In this document: positions 1 to 9,831 of the stretch, piece after piece
How the letters are laid out: each line of letters opens with the position of its first letter
Position numbering within the stretch: position 1 is the first letter of the stretch
Source: an uncultured Pseudomonadota bacterium
Lineage (GTDB): Bacteria > Pseudomonadota > Alphaproteobacteria > RUG11792
Assembly: GCA_902784055.1 (NCBI GenBank)
Contig: CACZTP010000001.1
Span: 10,755-74,754 of the forward strand
Direction: 5' to 3'
Length of the DNA stretch: 64,000 bases
The notes under the pieces: model-generated
Seen by the model: only the letters and a program-made list of their open reading frames with translations
Told to the model about the DNA's origin: nothing
Database searches by the model: none
Made by a program: the position numbers and the translations under genes

Positions 1-1306
1 GAATAAAATCAAACAATGATGTTAAATATGGTAAAACTTTATCGTTATTTAAATAATCAAGTATTTTGAAATACCCATTGTCAAAATCATATTTTTTATC
101 TTGATAAGATAAATATGGAATATTAATCGTCAATCTATATTTCAATTTATTGTCTTGTGGTTTATGTTCAATTTGTAAGTCAGAACTTATTTCGTCGCCA
201 TCGTAATTATCAACATTTATTATTAATTTTAATGTTCCGTTACTTAAAACCTCACGTGACATTTCTTTATATGCATCGCAATGTTCAGTATCATCAATTG
301 TTTTAAACTTTACGTTATCTGCAACCAAGTGATTTATTTCCACTATTATCTTGCTTGCGACTGGTATTTTTACTGTATCAACGACATTCGCTACTATCGT
401 TGATGCAGCTCCAAAATTTTTTCTTATAACATTTTGTTGGTTTGTTTTTGCTGTTTTGTTTACTGAATTTATTATTGATACGTAACTTTTCTGATAGTTT
501 GGATCAACACGCCGGCGATCTTTTCCACTTTCTAAAAATACAAGCCTATCGTCAACAGAGCGAGGAAAGTAGTCAGCGATGTAACGTTGAACTGATTTAG
601 GGCTTATACGATCAAACTGTGATGCACGGATAATATCTATATCTTCATTTTCCGTATTCAATTTTACACAGCCGAGGCAACCATTAAACATACAATTAAT
701 AAACGATGAATACCATCTATTTTGACTAAGCCTATCTTCTTTTAAGTGAGTAAATATATCATTTGATACAGCATTGAATTTTTCAATACTTTTGGCTTTT
801 GCAAAACTTCCGTCGCCTGCGCCTGCAAGGGTGCATCCATACGATATACCTATCCACTTGTTTACCTTGTTTAAAATAGCAAGATCTTTACTGTGTTCAT
901 AATAAATATTAGTAAGTGCTTTTGTTGCGTTTAGCGCGTGCATTGTCTGTGTTATACCATCACACTCAAAAATAACAAGATATCGTGGATTATGATGCTT
1001 TTTAAAAAAATCGTCGATACCAGAAAAGACTTCATTATCTAAATCTTGTGCATCAGACAGTTTTGATGCGCTAACAGCTCTATAAGAGCTGTTAGACCTC
1101 AGTCCTCTATACTTATCCGATACCTTATTATCTGAATACCAGTTTTCAGCTTTGGGAAAGTTACTTTCGCAACGGTCACTACTAATGTCATGACTGTTGT
1201 AGTACTCACTATTGGGGCATTCATTGCTGTTATAAGATGCTGCATAAGAAGAATTACATCCAAGTATTGAGAAACAAATTAATCCTAAATTTGATGAAAC
1301 TTTCAT
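1..1306 (-). CDS. Putative lipoprotein of unknown function; N-terminal 435 codons, ORF runs off the left edge
   Basis: Absent from the ORF track because it has no in-window stop. Minus strand has GAGG 6 nt before ATG(1306), then MKVSSNLGLICFSILGC (signal peptide plus lipobox-like ILGC). The frame stays open to base 2. Contains a G-I-S-Y-G (GxSxG-like) motif. No family recognised. Confidence 0.6.
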   Translation of the reverse strand, partial: MKVSSNLGLICFSILGCNSSYAASYNSNECPNSEYYNSHDISSDRCESNFPKAENWYSDNKVSDKYRGLRSNSSYRAVSASKLSDAQDLDNEVFSGIDDFFKKHHNPRYLVIFECDGITQTMHALNATKALTNIYYEHSKDLAILNKVNKWIGISYGCTLAGAGDGSFAKAKSIEKFNAVSNDIFTHLKEDRLSQNRWYSSFINCMFNGCLGCVKLNTENEDIDIIRASQFDRISPKSVQRYIADYFPRSVDDRLVFLESGKDRRRVDPNYQKSYVSIINSVNKTAKTNQQNVIRKNFGAASTIVANVVDTVKIPVASKIIVEINHLVADNVKFKTIDDTEHCDAYKEMSREVLSNGTLKLIINVDNYDGDEISSDLQIEHKPQDNKLKYRLTINIPYLSYQDKKYDFDNGYFKILDYLNNDKVLPYLTSLFDFI

Positions 1307-1460
1307 TATTAACCTCATGTAGTTAAGTTCAACTTCAGTATCAGAATATCAATACTTAGTTAAAAAATAGTTAACGAACGATTAACATACAAACAACACG
1401 ATTGCCCGAAACATCTATGATGTGGTGGAATATGTTTATTTTCCATTTATGTTGTTAATT

Positions 1461-2714
1461 TTAATGTCGCAATGCGTGCAACAATGGCAACGTGCCACCA
1501 GTTACTACTAGTAGAGTAGTGGTTATTATTGTAATTTTTTGCCAGTTGTTGAATTTGAATAAATCATATTTATAAGTATTATCTTTTATGACAGAACATG
1601 TATATATTATGTAACATGATGATAAAAGTATAATAGCCATTATTATAGCTGTTATAGTTGAATTATAATTGTTTGCATTACATAGAGCTTGAAGTTCTGC
1701 AACGAAACCTATGCTTCCAGGGATTGACGTTACACAAAGTGATGCAGTTAATAATAATATCCAAATCCTATTTGATATGTTGGTTAACCTATCGATATAT
1801 AGAGTTTTATACCTCGTTTTTATAATATCTGCTATTAAAAAGACTAATGCCATTGTAACACTATGAGCTAATAGGCTAAACACGAACTCGTTATTATTAG
1901 TGTTTGCAAGAGGAATAAATAAATATAAATTCATATGAACTATCGAACTATAAGCGAATATAACTTTTATATTTTTTTTACAACATTGAGAGGATACAGC
2001 ACTTACAATGCTTGCAACTATTAAATATGTGGTATATGGATGTAATGGCATTAAAAAACGAATAATAATAAGCGAGCTATATTTTAAAATTATTCCCGCT
2101 AATAATATTGAACACGTAGTTGCCGATTTACCATGTACGATAGGAACCCAATAATGAAATGGGAACATTGGAAGTTTTATTATAGTTGCCAATGCTATAA
2201 GCCAATAACACAATTGTGTTGTAGGAATAAATCCATATTCTTTTGTATCAATCTTTATTTGTATTATTGCTATAAGTAGTAAACATGCACTTATAAAAGT
2301 ATAAGCAATATATTGATATATTGTATTGACATTTGTATGTTTATTTTCTGAAAACATCATTAATATTATTAATATCATCGATGTTTCCATATATATAAAC
2401 ATTGAAAGTGAATTAGTAGTACAAAATGCTTTTATAGCACATATGGCAAATAATATAAGACTTATATGGAAAATCTTCGGTTTATATATATCTTTTTGCA
2501 TATTCCACATCGAACAAATTAAACATATGCCGGGAGTTGCTGTTGAAAACGCTTTAGAGAATAAATCGTTATTCTGAAGAAATAAGATATTACATATAGT
2601 TAAGCAAGCGAAATGTATAAGCGTAATAAAATTATGTTTTGATTTTATAAAAATCAATATTAATAAAGTTACTCCCGTAACAATAAAACTAATCATGGTT
2701 ATATACCAATACAT
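1461..2714 (-). CDS. nuoM: Complex I antiporter-like subunit M (short, 417 aa)
   Basis: Polytopic membrane protein. Motifs IKLPMFPFHYWVPIVHG (cf. K.P..P.H.WLPdAH), ILLAGIILKYSS and GSIGFVAELQ (GF..E). Overlaps the nuoL stop by 26 nt. M versus N/MrpD assignment rests on motifs only. Confidence 0.7.
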   Translation of the reverse strand: MYWYITMISFIVTGVTLLILIFIKSKHNFITLIHFACLTICNILFLQNNDLFSKAFSTATPGICLICSMWNMQKDIYKPKIFHISLILFAICAIKAFCTTNSLSMFIYMETSMILIILMMFSENKHTNVNTIYQYIAYTFISACLLLIAIIQIKIDTKEYGFIPTTQLCYWLIALATIIKLPMFPFHYWVPIVHGKSATTCSILLAGIILKYSSLIIIRFLMPLHPYTTYLIVASIVSAVSSQCCKKNIKVIFAYSSIVHMNLYLFIPLANTNNNEFVFSLLAHSVTMALVFLIADIIKTRYKTLYIDRLTNISNRIWILLLTASLCVTSIPGSIGFVAELQALCNANNYNSTITAIIMAIILLSSCYIIYTCSVIKDNTYKYDLFKFNNWQKITIITTTLLVVTGGTLPLLHALRH

Positions 2715-4065
2715 ACAATACTAAAAATACAAAACCGCTAAATATCCATATTGCATGCATTCTAAAACTGTTTTTATGTAATATTGCCAGCCTATTTCCG
2801 ATTTTATAGGGATTTTTATATACAACCGCAAAATATATAAATTCGATCAGTTTATTGAAATAATCAATTGAATTTATAAGCCATTTAAAAGACATATTAG
2901 GCATTTTAAAATTGATTTGTTTTATTGGTAATAACCGGGCAATTAGATAGGCTATAGCGATAGTAAACGCCATTTCGCCACGTGCATGATTTGTAACTGT
3001 GCTACTTAAATTATAAAATGCGATGTAACCAGTTGGTAAAGATACAATAAATAAAATCCATACAGAGTAAAGTTTAAACTTTTGCCCAATATTTTTGTTT
3101 TTAAAACATGTTAAGTATAATCTTATAAAAACAGCGTCTGACAATGTATTTGTTAGAATAACCCCTACTTTGCAATATGTAGGCATACCAATACTGTCTA
3201 TTGAAAGTTTTGCATACGAACCTACAAATGGGCTAATACCTATAGAAGAAAATAGAGCGAATAGCCCAAGTATCTTAGTTCCGTGACTACATACATATTT
3301 TCTTACATCCCGAGTTTTGTAATAATCTATATAATAATAAAATAATAAGAATGTTATTGATTTAAAAAATGCATGACATATAAAATATAATAATCCTAAA
3401 TCGGCGTGTTTTAATCCGCAGGCAACAAGCATTATTCCTGCTGACGATATTGTTAGCATTGCCATAATTTTTTTTATATCAATTTCAAACAACGCCATTA
3501 ATGAAAGTATTATTGCCGACACTAAACCAAATATTGTAGTAAAAAATAACAGCTCAGAATATTGAGAAAACAAGTAGTTGAATTTATAAATACATATAGG
3601 AGCAATACCTATTATTGTCGCACAATGAATAAATATTGAAACAAATGTATGAGCATTTGTTGCCTGCAATAGCCATCCAGAAAATGGAAACTGTGCGCTT
3701 TTACAAAGGCATGATATAAGTAAACACCAGACACCTAATCCCGTATTCTTATTTAAAATTCCGTATAGAAATAATAAACTTGCAAACATGTTATAAGCGT
3801 AAACGCTTGTTGCTGATTGGTTATGTTTCTCTAAACTAACAAATATCGCTGAAATTATTCCTAATAATTCTACACCTACAAAAAACAAAATAATATTTTT
3901 TGTTAGTACTGTTCCGCACATAACTAATGCAAATATAGCAAGTAAAAGCATTTTACTTTTTAACGTCCGTTTTGCATGTATTACGTCCTGATGTGTGAGA
4001 AGTATCAACAACATTGTACATATCGTAAAACATATAAGAAACTCTACTGAAACAGCAAAGAACAC
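2689..4065 (-). CDS. nuoL: Complex I subunit L (short, 458 aa)
   Basis: Motifs VGVELLG (cf. GWEGVG), CKSAQFPFSGWL (cf. GKSAQ.PL..WL), IHCATII (IHAATMV), HAFFKS (HAFFKA) and GSYAKLS (GFFSKD). The C-terminal stretch W.INSIDYFNKL..F.....KNPY followed by a final TM resembles the NuoL lateral-helix/anchor region. GTG start. Confidence 0.75.
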   Translation of the reverse strand: MFFAVSVEFLICFTICTMLLILLTHQDVIHAKRTLKSKMLLLAIFALVMCGTVLTKNIILFFVGVELLGIISAIFVSLEKHNQSATSVYAYNMFASLLFLYGILNKNTGLGVWCLLISCLCKSAQFPFSGWLLQATNAHTFVSIFIHCATIIGIAPICIYKFNYLFSQYSELLFFTTIFGLVSAIILSLMALFEIDIKKIMAMLTISSAGIMLVACGLKHADLGLLYFICHAFFKSITFLLFYYYIDYYKTRDVRKYVCSHGTKILGLFALFSSIGISPFVGSYAKLSIDSIGMPTYCKVGVILTNTLSDAVFIRLYLTCFKNKNIGQKFKLYSVWILFIVSLPTGYIAFYNLSSTVTNHARGEMAFTIAIAYLIARLLPIKQINFKMPNMSFKWLINSIDYFNKLIEFIYFAVVYKNPYKIGNRLAILHKNSFRMHAIWIFSGFVFLVLYVLVYNHD

Positions 4066-4106
4066 AGTGGAAAAATAGGCAATCTTTTACACTTCGCAGT
4101 GTAACA

Positions 4107-4349
4107 TTACGTACTTTTGTCAAACCAATTAACGACAAACAATATTGCAAGACTTAATTCGCTTGCAGTAATTATTACCAAAGTTATCAAAAATCCATTA
4201 GAAACATTGTTATAACTAAGCAATAAGCAAATGCTCGAAAAGATCATTATCTCAATATCAATGACTCGTCTAACGAGAGATTTATGAAATAACAGCGCAA
4301 CAAATCCGGTAATAAAAATTATTACCGCAGTTGCTAAAACAGTATGCAC
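4107..4349 (-). CDS. nuoK: Complex I subunit K (80 aa)
   Basis: Three-TM protein. DIEIMIF matches NuoK GLEIMIN (first membrane Glu). ITASELSLAILF matches AAAEASIGLALL (second Glu). GTG start directly abuts the dnaJ stop. Confidence 0.7.
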   Translation of the reverse strand: MHTVLATAVIIFITGFVALLFHKSLVRRVIDIEIMIFSSICLLLSYNNVSNGFLITLVIITASELSLAILFVVNWFDKST

Positions 4350-5489
4350 CTAAATATATCTATCAAATTTGTCTTTCGTCAATTTTGTTTTTGGATTATT
4401 TTTATCAGAACATTCGCTATTAAATTCCTCGATAAGATCACGTTGTTGTTTTGTCAGATCAACAGGGGTTTCAATAACTATTTCAACAAGCATGTCACCA
4501 CGTCGAGATGATTGATAATAAGGCATGCCAGCCGACTTTATTCTGACTTGGGTACCAGTTTGTGTCCCGTGCGAAATATTTATTGAATGAATTTTCTTGT
4601 CAATATCAAAAACATCTATCGTGCCCCCCAATATTGCTGTTGCAACTGGAATGTAAACAGTACATTTTAAATCATGCCCTTCAAGTTTAAATACATCATG
4701 AGGTAATACACTAACAACAACGTAAAGATTGCCTGCAGGGCTTCCCATAAATCCAGCCTCTCCTTCGTTAGGGATGCGAATTTGACTACCCGGTTCAATA
4801 CCTGCCGGGATCTTCACATCAAGGTTTTTTTCAGCTTTAACTCGACCAGAACCGGAACATTTTCTACATGGGTGAGAAATAATACTTCCCTGACCACCAC
4901 ATTGTTGACATGTTTGCTCTATAGTTAAAAACCCGTTTCTTGTACGAATGCTTCCACGCCCTCCACAATTTGGACAAACTGTAGGCGTGTATTTGTTATC
5001 ATACCCTTTTCCTGAACATAAATCACAACGGACAAAAGTCGTATATCTCAAGTTTTTACTAGTTCCATTACATGCTTCACGTAATGATACAGCAATGTCA
5101 TAACGTATATCGGCACCTGGTTGTTGTCTTGACGAGCTTCGCCCCCCCCCAAAAATGCTATCGCCAAACATTTGTTCAAAAATATCTGAAAAATCACCAA
5201 AATTACCAGATGAAAACCCGCTACTTGAAAAACCTTCAAACCCAGAACTTCCGCTACTTCCTCCACTGAATGCATCGGAGCCATATCGATCGTATGCTGA
5301 ACGCTTTTTGTCATCTTTTAAAACTTCATACGCTTCGTTAATTTCTTTAAACTTTTCCTCAGCTGATTTATCTCCAGGATTTTTATCGGGGTGGTATTTT
5401 AGCACTAATTTTCTATACGATTTCTTAATTTCATCAGCAGATGCATTTTTAGATACACCTAGTATTGAATAATAATCTTTATTACTCAT
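4350..5489 (-). CDS. dnaJ: Chaperone DnaJ
   Basis: J domain ([25 protein letters not shown]), a G/F-rich region, and four CxxCxGxG zinc-finger repeats ([32 protein letters not shown]). Confidence 0.97.
   Translation of the reverse strand: MSNKDYYSILGVSKNASADEIKKSYRKLVLKYHPDKNPGDKSAEEKFKEINEAYEVLKDDKKRSAYDRYGSDAFSGGSSGSSGFEGFSSSGFSSGNFGDFSDIFEQMFGDSIFGGGRSSSRQQPGADIRYDIAVSLREACNGTSKNLRYTTFVRCDLCSGKGYDNKYTPTVCPNCGGRGSIRTRNGFLTIEQTCQQCGGQGSIISHPCRKCSGSGRVKAEKNLDVKIPAGIEPGSQIRIPNEGEAGFMGSPAGNLYVVVSVLPHDVFKLEGHDLKCTVYIPVATAILGGTIDVFDIDKKIHSINISHGTQTGTQVRIKSAGMPYYQSSRRGDMLVEIVIETPVDLTKQQRDLIEEFNSECSDKNNPKTKLTKDKFDRYI
5142..5150. repeat. C9/G9 homopolymer inside dnaJ coding sequence (encodes GGG of the G/F region)
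   Basis: Direct read: g ccccccccc aaaaa on the plus strand. Confidence 0.95.
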
Positions 5490-5681
5490 AATATTTTTTT
5501 GTAAAATTTTATCTTATATCTGTCACCACTATAATAACACATTATTTTAATCTCGTTACCTTATTGGCAATAGTACCACTAATTTAAGTTAATGTTTGCA
5601 GTAATTGTTTTGTAATTTTGAACCATCGGAATAAAATTTGATAGCATAATAAGTGTGGTGTTTCATAGTCTTTTCGAAATT

Positions 5682-6182
5682 ATGAACAAAAACTTCTTAT
5701 TAGGTTTGGGTATAGTTGTGTCATTGGGCTTAACGGCTTGTAGCAATCGTTGTCGCGTAGCGACTGCCGACGCTTCGAGTAACGCTAGTGCAGAATCCGG
5801 AGTCGTTCCAGGAAGTTCCGAAGACTTCAACGTAAATGCTTCACCAAAGATTTACTTTGACTTCGACAAATCGAATTTAACATCAGCTGGTTTGAATAGA
5901 GCTAAGACGCAGGCAACATGGTTAAAGACGTATCCAAATACGACTGCAACTGTATCAGGTCATACTGACGAAAGAGGTACGGCTGAATACAACATGGCTC
6001 TTGGCGCAAGAAGAGCTGAGTCCACTAAAAATGCAATAGTCGCAGAAGGTGTTGATGCTGGTCGGTTGACAACGATTTCCTACGGTAAAGATAGACCGGT
6101 AGCTGTTGTAGATCCGAGTAATCCAGTTGCAGCAGATGCGGCACATGCTCAAAATCGTAGAACTGAAACAACAATTAACTAA
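5682..6182 (+). CDS. pal: Peptidoglycan-associated lipoprotein (OmpA-family C-terminal domain)
   Basis: MNKNFLLGLGIVVSLGLTAC lipobox. OmpA-like domain IYFDFDKS.L.....TVSGHTDERGT.EYN.ALG.RRA. Start moved from track GTG 5655 to ATG 5682. Confidence 0.9.
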   Translation: MNKNFLLGLGIVVSLGLTACSNRCRVATADASSNASAESGVVPGSSEDFNVNASPKIYFDFDKSNLTSAGLNRAKTQATWLKTYPNTTATVSGHTDERGTAEYNMALGARRAESTKNAIVAEGVDAGRLTTISYGKDRPVAVVDPSNPVAADAAHAQNRRTETTIN

Positions 6183-6208
6183 AAGGTTGATTAGCATCAG
6201 TTTTTTTT

Positions 6209-6247
6209 CGGAGAGTTGGTCTATACGATCGGTCTCCGTCTTTTTTG
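6209..6247 (+). terminator. Rho-independent terminator candidate after pal
   Basis: cggaga..(loop)..tctccg stem followed by tcttttttg. Confidence 0.5.
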
Positions 6248-6264
6248 TTTGATTAGTTTCTATT

Positions 6265-6615
6265 ATGAGTTTTTCCAATATAGTCCAGTATTTTAATTCT
6301 CATTACAAGCAGATCAATTTTATATATAAATGTTTATTTGTTTTGTGTGCACTTGGATACCTTGGATATCACACATTATCAGGTAAAAATAGTTATAAAT
6401 CATATGTCGTTCTAAAAAAAGAAATTGATGAAAGACAAAAAATATTAGATGAACTAAAAAATAGGCTGAAAAATGTAAAACTTAAAGTCGATCACTTAAG
6501 GAACACATCGCTTGATTTGGATCTACTAGAAGAGCGTTGTAGAGCAATGCTTAATTATGGTTACAACGATGAGATAATAATACGTACATCAACGATTCCC
6601 AATTCTAACAGATAA
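6265..6615 (+). CDS. ftsB: Septum formation initiator (FtsB/DivIC family)
   Basis: One N-terminal TM, then a coiled coil and the D.D.LEE..R..L motif (DLDLLEERCRAMLNYGY). TAATG overlap with rodA. Confidence 0.6.
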   Translation: MSFSNIVQYFNSHYKQINFIYKCLFVLCALGYLGYHTLSGKNSYKSYVVLKKEIDERQKILDELKNRLKNVKLKVDHLRNTSLDLDLLEERCRAMLNYGYNDEIIIRTSTIPNSNR

Positions 6616-7694
6616 TGAAGTTTAAGCTAAGCAAACCACCATTATTTCCTATAACAGTAATTTTTGTATTATTTTGCATTTCATTAATTGAAATGTATTC
6701 ACTTACATATGAACATTTCCCGCAAAAATTGTTTCGACACATCGCGCATATAATTGCTAGTTCATGTATACTTATGGTGTCGTCAAGCATTCCAATAAAT
6801 TTTTTTAAACGTTACGCTTACAAAATATATTGTATAAGCCTTTCTCTTATATGTGCAGTATCGTTATTTGGGCAAACCGTAATGGGAGCAAAACGATGGC
6901 TAAAAGTAGGATTAATAACATTACAACCATCGGAAATTATGCGAGTAGCCCTTATTTTGGCTTTAGCAAAATATCTGAGTAATATTACATTGCCTGATTT
7001 AAAACATACAAGGTATCTCATTGGCTCAGTGATACTGTTATTAGTTCCGACTGTTTTTATAATAAATCAACCTGATTTAGGTACAGCAATGTTATTAATT
7101 TTTGTTTATGTTTCAATTATTTTTGTTGCTGGGGTGCAGATATGGAAATTAGTAGCTCCATTATTAATATTGTCTATAACCGCTCCATTAATTTGGGCAT
7201 CGTTACATGAATATCAAAAAAACAGAATTCTTATGTTTGTAAATCCAGAGACAGATCCAAATGGTGCGGGATACCATATAATTCAATCAAAAATAGCTCT
7301 TGGCGCCGGTAAAGTATTCGGGCTAGGTGTTTTTAATGGCACTCAATGCCAACTTGATTTTTTGCCGGAAAAACACAACGATTTTATATTTTCAGCAATA
7401 GGCGAAGAATTTGGCTTTATTGGTTGTGTAACAGTACTAGCACTTTATGTATTACTTTTAGTTTATAACTATAAAGTAGCAATACAAACAAAAGACAAGT
7501 TTTCTAAATACACTGTATTTGGAATAAATGCTATGCTTTTTTTCTATATATTAATAAATATAGCCATGGTGTGCGGACTTGCCCCTATTGTAGGTGTACC
7601 GCTACCTTATCTATCTTATGGAGGCACGGCTTTAGTGATATTAATGTTTTGCGAAGGTCTTATATTCTCAATTAAGAACTACTTGAATAAATAA
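6615..7694 (+). CDS. rodA: SEDS peptidoglycan glycosyltransferase RodA (FtsW/RodA/SpoVE family)
   Basis: NQPDLGTAMLL, DPNGAGYHIIQSKIALGAGKVFGLG, PEKHNDFIFSAIGEEFGF, PLPYLSYGGTA. Size and motifs favour RodA over FtsW. Confidence 0.8.
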   Translation: MKFKLSKPPLFPITVIFVLFCISLIEMYSLTYEHFPQKLFRHIAHIIASSCILMVSSSIPINFFKRYAYKIYCISLSLICAVSLFGQTVMGAKRWLKVGLITLQPSEIMRVALILALAKYLSNITLPDLKHTRYLIGSVILLLVPTVFIINQPDLGTAMLLIFVYVSIIFVAGVQIWKLVAPLLILSITAPLIWASLHEYQKNRILMFVNPETDPNGAGYHIIQSKIALGAGKVFGLGVFNGTQCQLDFLPEKHNDFIFSAIGEEFGFIGCVTVLALYVLLLVYNYKVAIQTKDKFSKYTVFGINAMLFFYILINIAMVCGLAPIVGVPLPYLSYGGTALVILMFCEGLIFSIKNYLNK

Positions 7695-7974
7695 AAACCA
7701 CTTCAACGAATAGTTTTAAAAAAATGTTGTTTGCTACATTCTTTACTCTTGTATGAATATTATTATATTCCTACCAACGGGTGTTTCAATTTTTAGTTAG
7801 AAGCTTATTAAAAAAATATCCAAGATTTTGTCAATTTGGCGCTGAAGATGCGTTAAATAGTACGTATAAGTCTAAACGACAAGCACCAAGCTGTTAAGTT
7901 GTAGCTACGATGTTTTTCTCTAAACTGTAGTGTAAACTAGCATTGAAAGCTTACAAAGCAACGGTTAAAAATTA

Positions 7975-8757
7975 ATGCTTCAGAGAGTAATTGTTTTTGG
8001 AAATCAAAAGGGTGGGACAGGCAAATCCACCCTTGCGATGCATCTTACAGTTAGTCTTTTGCATCAGGGATATAAAGTTGCAACAATAGATGTTGATGCA
8101 AAGCAAGGGACGTTTACAAGGTATATAGAAAATAGGATAAAAACAAGCCAAAGCGATCCTAAAATTAAATATCCTACACATAGATCCATTTTCGAGAGTT
8201 TTTCAGATTCCGTTCGTGTAAAACATAAAGAAAATTTTTTGAAGTTTAGTGAATTAATAAACTCGTTGAAAGATTTCGATTTTATAGTAATCGATACGCC
8301 TGGAAGTGAAACAGATTTATCAAAAATTGCTCATTCGTTTGCAGACGTAATAATTACCCCGTTAAACGAAAGTTTTATTGATCTCGATTTAATAATAAAA
8401 GCAAGCCCAGTAAAATCAGGATTAAATACTGGTTCATATGCTGAAATGGTTTGGGAACAAAAAAAAGCTCGTGCTCAACGAGACAAAAATAGCGTTGATT
8501 GGATAATTTTGTTAAATCGTATGTCAAGCGTAGAATCACGTAATAAAAAAGAACTAGAAAAGATTTTAATATTACTTTCTAAACGCCTTGGATTTAGATT
8601 TATAAAAGGATTTAAAGAACGAATTATTTTTAAGGAATTGTTTTTATCAGGCTTAACCCTTCTTGATGGAAATACTACTCGTACAGGTCTTAATTTGTCT
8701 CACATTGCAGCTCGCCAAGAGTTAAAAAATCTTCTTAAGGAGCTTAATGTAGCATGA
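7975..8757 (+). CDS. mipZ: Division-plane positioning ATPase MipZ (ParA/MinD superfamily)
   Basis: VIVFGNQKGGTGKST deviant Walker A, IDTPG, ITPLNESFIDLD, ILLNRMSSVESRNKK, LGFRFIKGFKERIIFKELF, HIAARQELKNL. Collinear with Caulobacter MipZ as I recall it. Confidence 0.85.
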   Translation: MLQRVIVFGNQKGGTGKSTLAMHLTVSLLHQGYKVATIDVDAKQGTFTRYIENRIKTSQSDPKIKYPTHRSIFESFSDSVRVKHKENFLKFSELINSLKDFDFIVIDTPGSETDLSKIAHSFADVIITPLNESFIDLDLIIKASPVKSGLNTGSYAEMVWEQKKARAQRDKNSVDWIILLNRMSSVESRNKKELEKILILLSKRLGFRFIKGFKERIIFKELFLSGLTLLDGNTTRTGLNLSHIAARQELKNLLKELNVA

Positions 8758-9074
8758 TAAAAATACAAAACGATGCACTAACAGCTATAATGGAAGCTAT
8801 TAAATTAAATCTCGGAAAATATCCACGAATTGTCTTACGCTCAGGAGGGTGTGCCGGGCATATGCTTGTTTTAACGTTGGATAATATCCATTCGGGAGAT
8901 ATTGAATACTCAGAACAAGGATTAACTTTTGCAATAGAACCAGTGGCAGAACCTTATACCGAAAACATAACAATATATAAAAAACCTGGACTTATGTCTG
9001 AAATACTAATCCGCAATAATTCAACAGAATATGTAAAATGCCGTTGCGGTAAATCTTTTAAAATTACAAAGTAA
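8754..9074 (+). CDS. erpA: HesB/IscA/ErpA-family iron-sulfur cluster insertion protein
   Basis: GGCAG motif and C-terminal C.CGKSF. 106 aa. ATGA overlap with mipZ. Confidence 0.8.
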   Translation: MIKIQNDALTAIMEAIKLNLGKYPRIVLRSGGCAGHMLVLTLDNIHSGDIEYSEQGLTFAIEPVAEPYTENITIYKKPGLMSEILIRNNSTEYVKCRCGKSFKITK

Positions 9075-9075
9075 A

Positions 9076-9831
9076 ATGCGTATTGCTACTTGGAACGTTA
9101 ATTCAATTCGCGTACGTATTCAACAAGTACTAAACTTCTTAAAAAATTATGACGTCGATATTTTAATGATGCAGGAAATAAAATGTACTAATAAAATGTT
9201 TCCATCTAACATATTTGAGAATAATGGTTTCAATTGTGCTGTATATGGTCAAAAAACTTATAACGGTGTTGCTATTGTTTCAAAATATATAATTGAAGAT
9301 GTAAATACTGGTAACAGTATATTTGAAAAAGATCAATCGGCTAGATATATTGACGCTTTCATAAATGGATTTCGTATTGTCTGTGTTTACGTACCAAATG
9401 GTCAAGAAGTTAATACGCAATATTATTTTTATAAACTTGAATTTTTAAACAAATTAATTAAACATTTATCTAATGTAGCAAATGTGGAAGATGCAATAAT
9501 AGGTGGCGACTTTAATATTGCTCGTTCAGATTTAGACGTATGGAACGTTAAGTTATGGCGTGGTCGTAATTGTTGTAGTAATGCTGAGCGTGAAAAATTT
9601 CAACGCTTATTGGATATCGGGTTTAAAGATGTGTTACGAGAGAATTCGGATGACCGTGAACTGTTCACATGGTGGGATTATAGGCATGATGGGTTTAAAT
9701 CAAATCACGGTTTACGACTCGATTATTTGCTAACATCAAAAAATATAAATGTCTTAAGTCGTCAGCGGTGTATTAAAATGCGGTCATTGCCACAGCCTTC
9801 GGATCATGCGCCTATACTAATTGAAATATAA
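9076..9831 (+). CDS. xth: Exodeoxyribonuclease III
   Basis: MRIATWNVNSIR, QE.K, GDFN.A, RLDY.L and SDHAP motifs of the EEP/ExoIII family. Confidence 0.95.
   Translation: MRIATWNVNSIRVRIQQVLNFLKNYDVDILMMQEIKCTNKMFPSNIFENNGFNCAVYGQKTYNGVAIVSKYIIEDVNTGNSIFEKDQSARYIDAFINGFRIVCVYVPNGQEVNTQYYFYKLEFLNKLIKHLSNVANVEDAIIGGDFNIARSDLDVWNVKLWRGRNCCSNAEREKFQRLLDIGFKDVLRENSDDRELFTWWDYRHDGFKSNHGLRLDYLLTSKNINVLSRQRCIKMRSLPQPSDHAPILIEI

Noticed and set aside
3953-4150. 65-aa minus-strand ORF bridging the nuoK/nuoL junction
   Set aside because: It is out of frame with both conserved genes and has no motif.
1461-4349. Alternative reading of the three membrane genes as an Mrp (MnhA/C/D) Na+/H+ antiporter
   Set aside because: No mrpB, mrpE, mrpF or mrpG-like genes are adjacent. 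The large subunit has a NuoL-type C-terminal lateral-helix-like extension. nuoH and a NuoI-like gene are present in the same window. This cannot be fully excluded without HMM scoring.
5048-5472. Several 65-105-aa ORFs on both strands
   Set aside because: All lie inside dnaJ, which has unmistakable J-domain and zinc-finger motifs.
7695-7974. Scan of intergenic regions for tRNA, tmRNA, RNase P or 4.5S RNA signatures (also 21740-21912, 24763-24963, 41894-42432)
   Set aside because: I found no T-loop GTTCGAATC-like motif, no tag-peptide reading frame ending in ..AA-stop, and no GGAAGCAGC or GAGGAAAGTCC core motif. A covariance-model scan would be needed to be certain.
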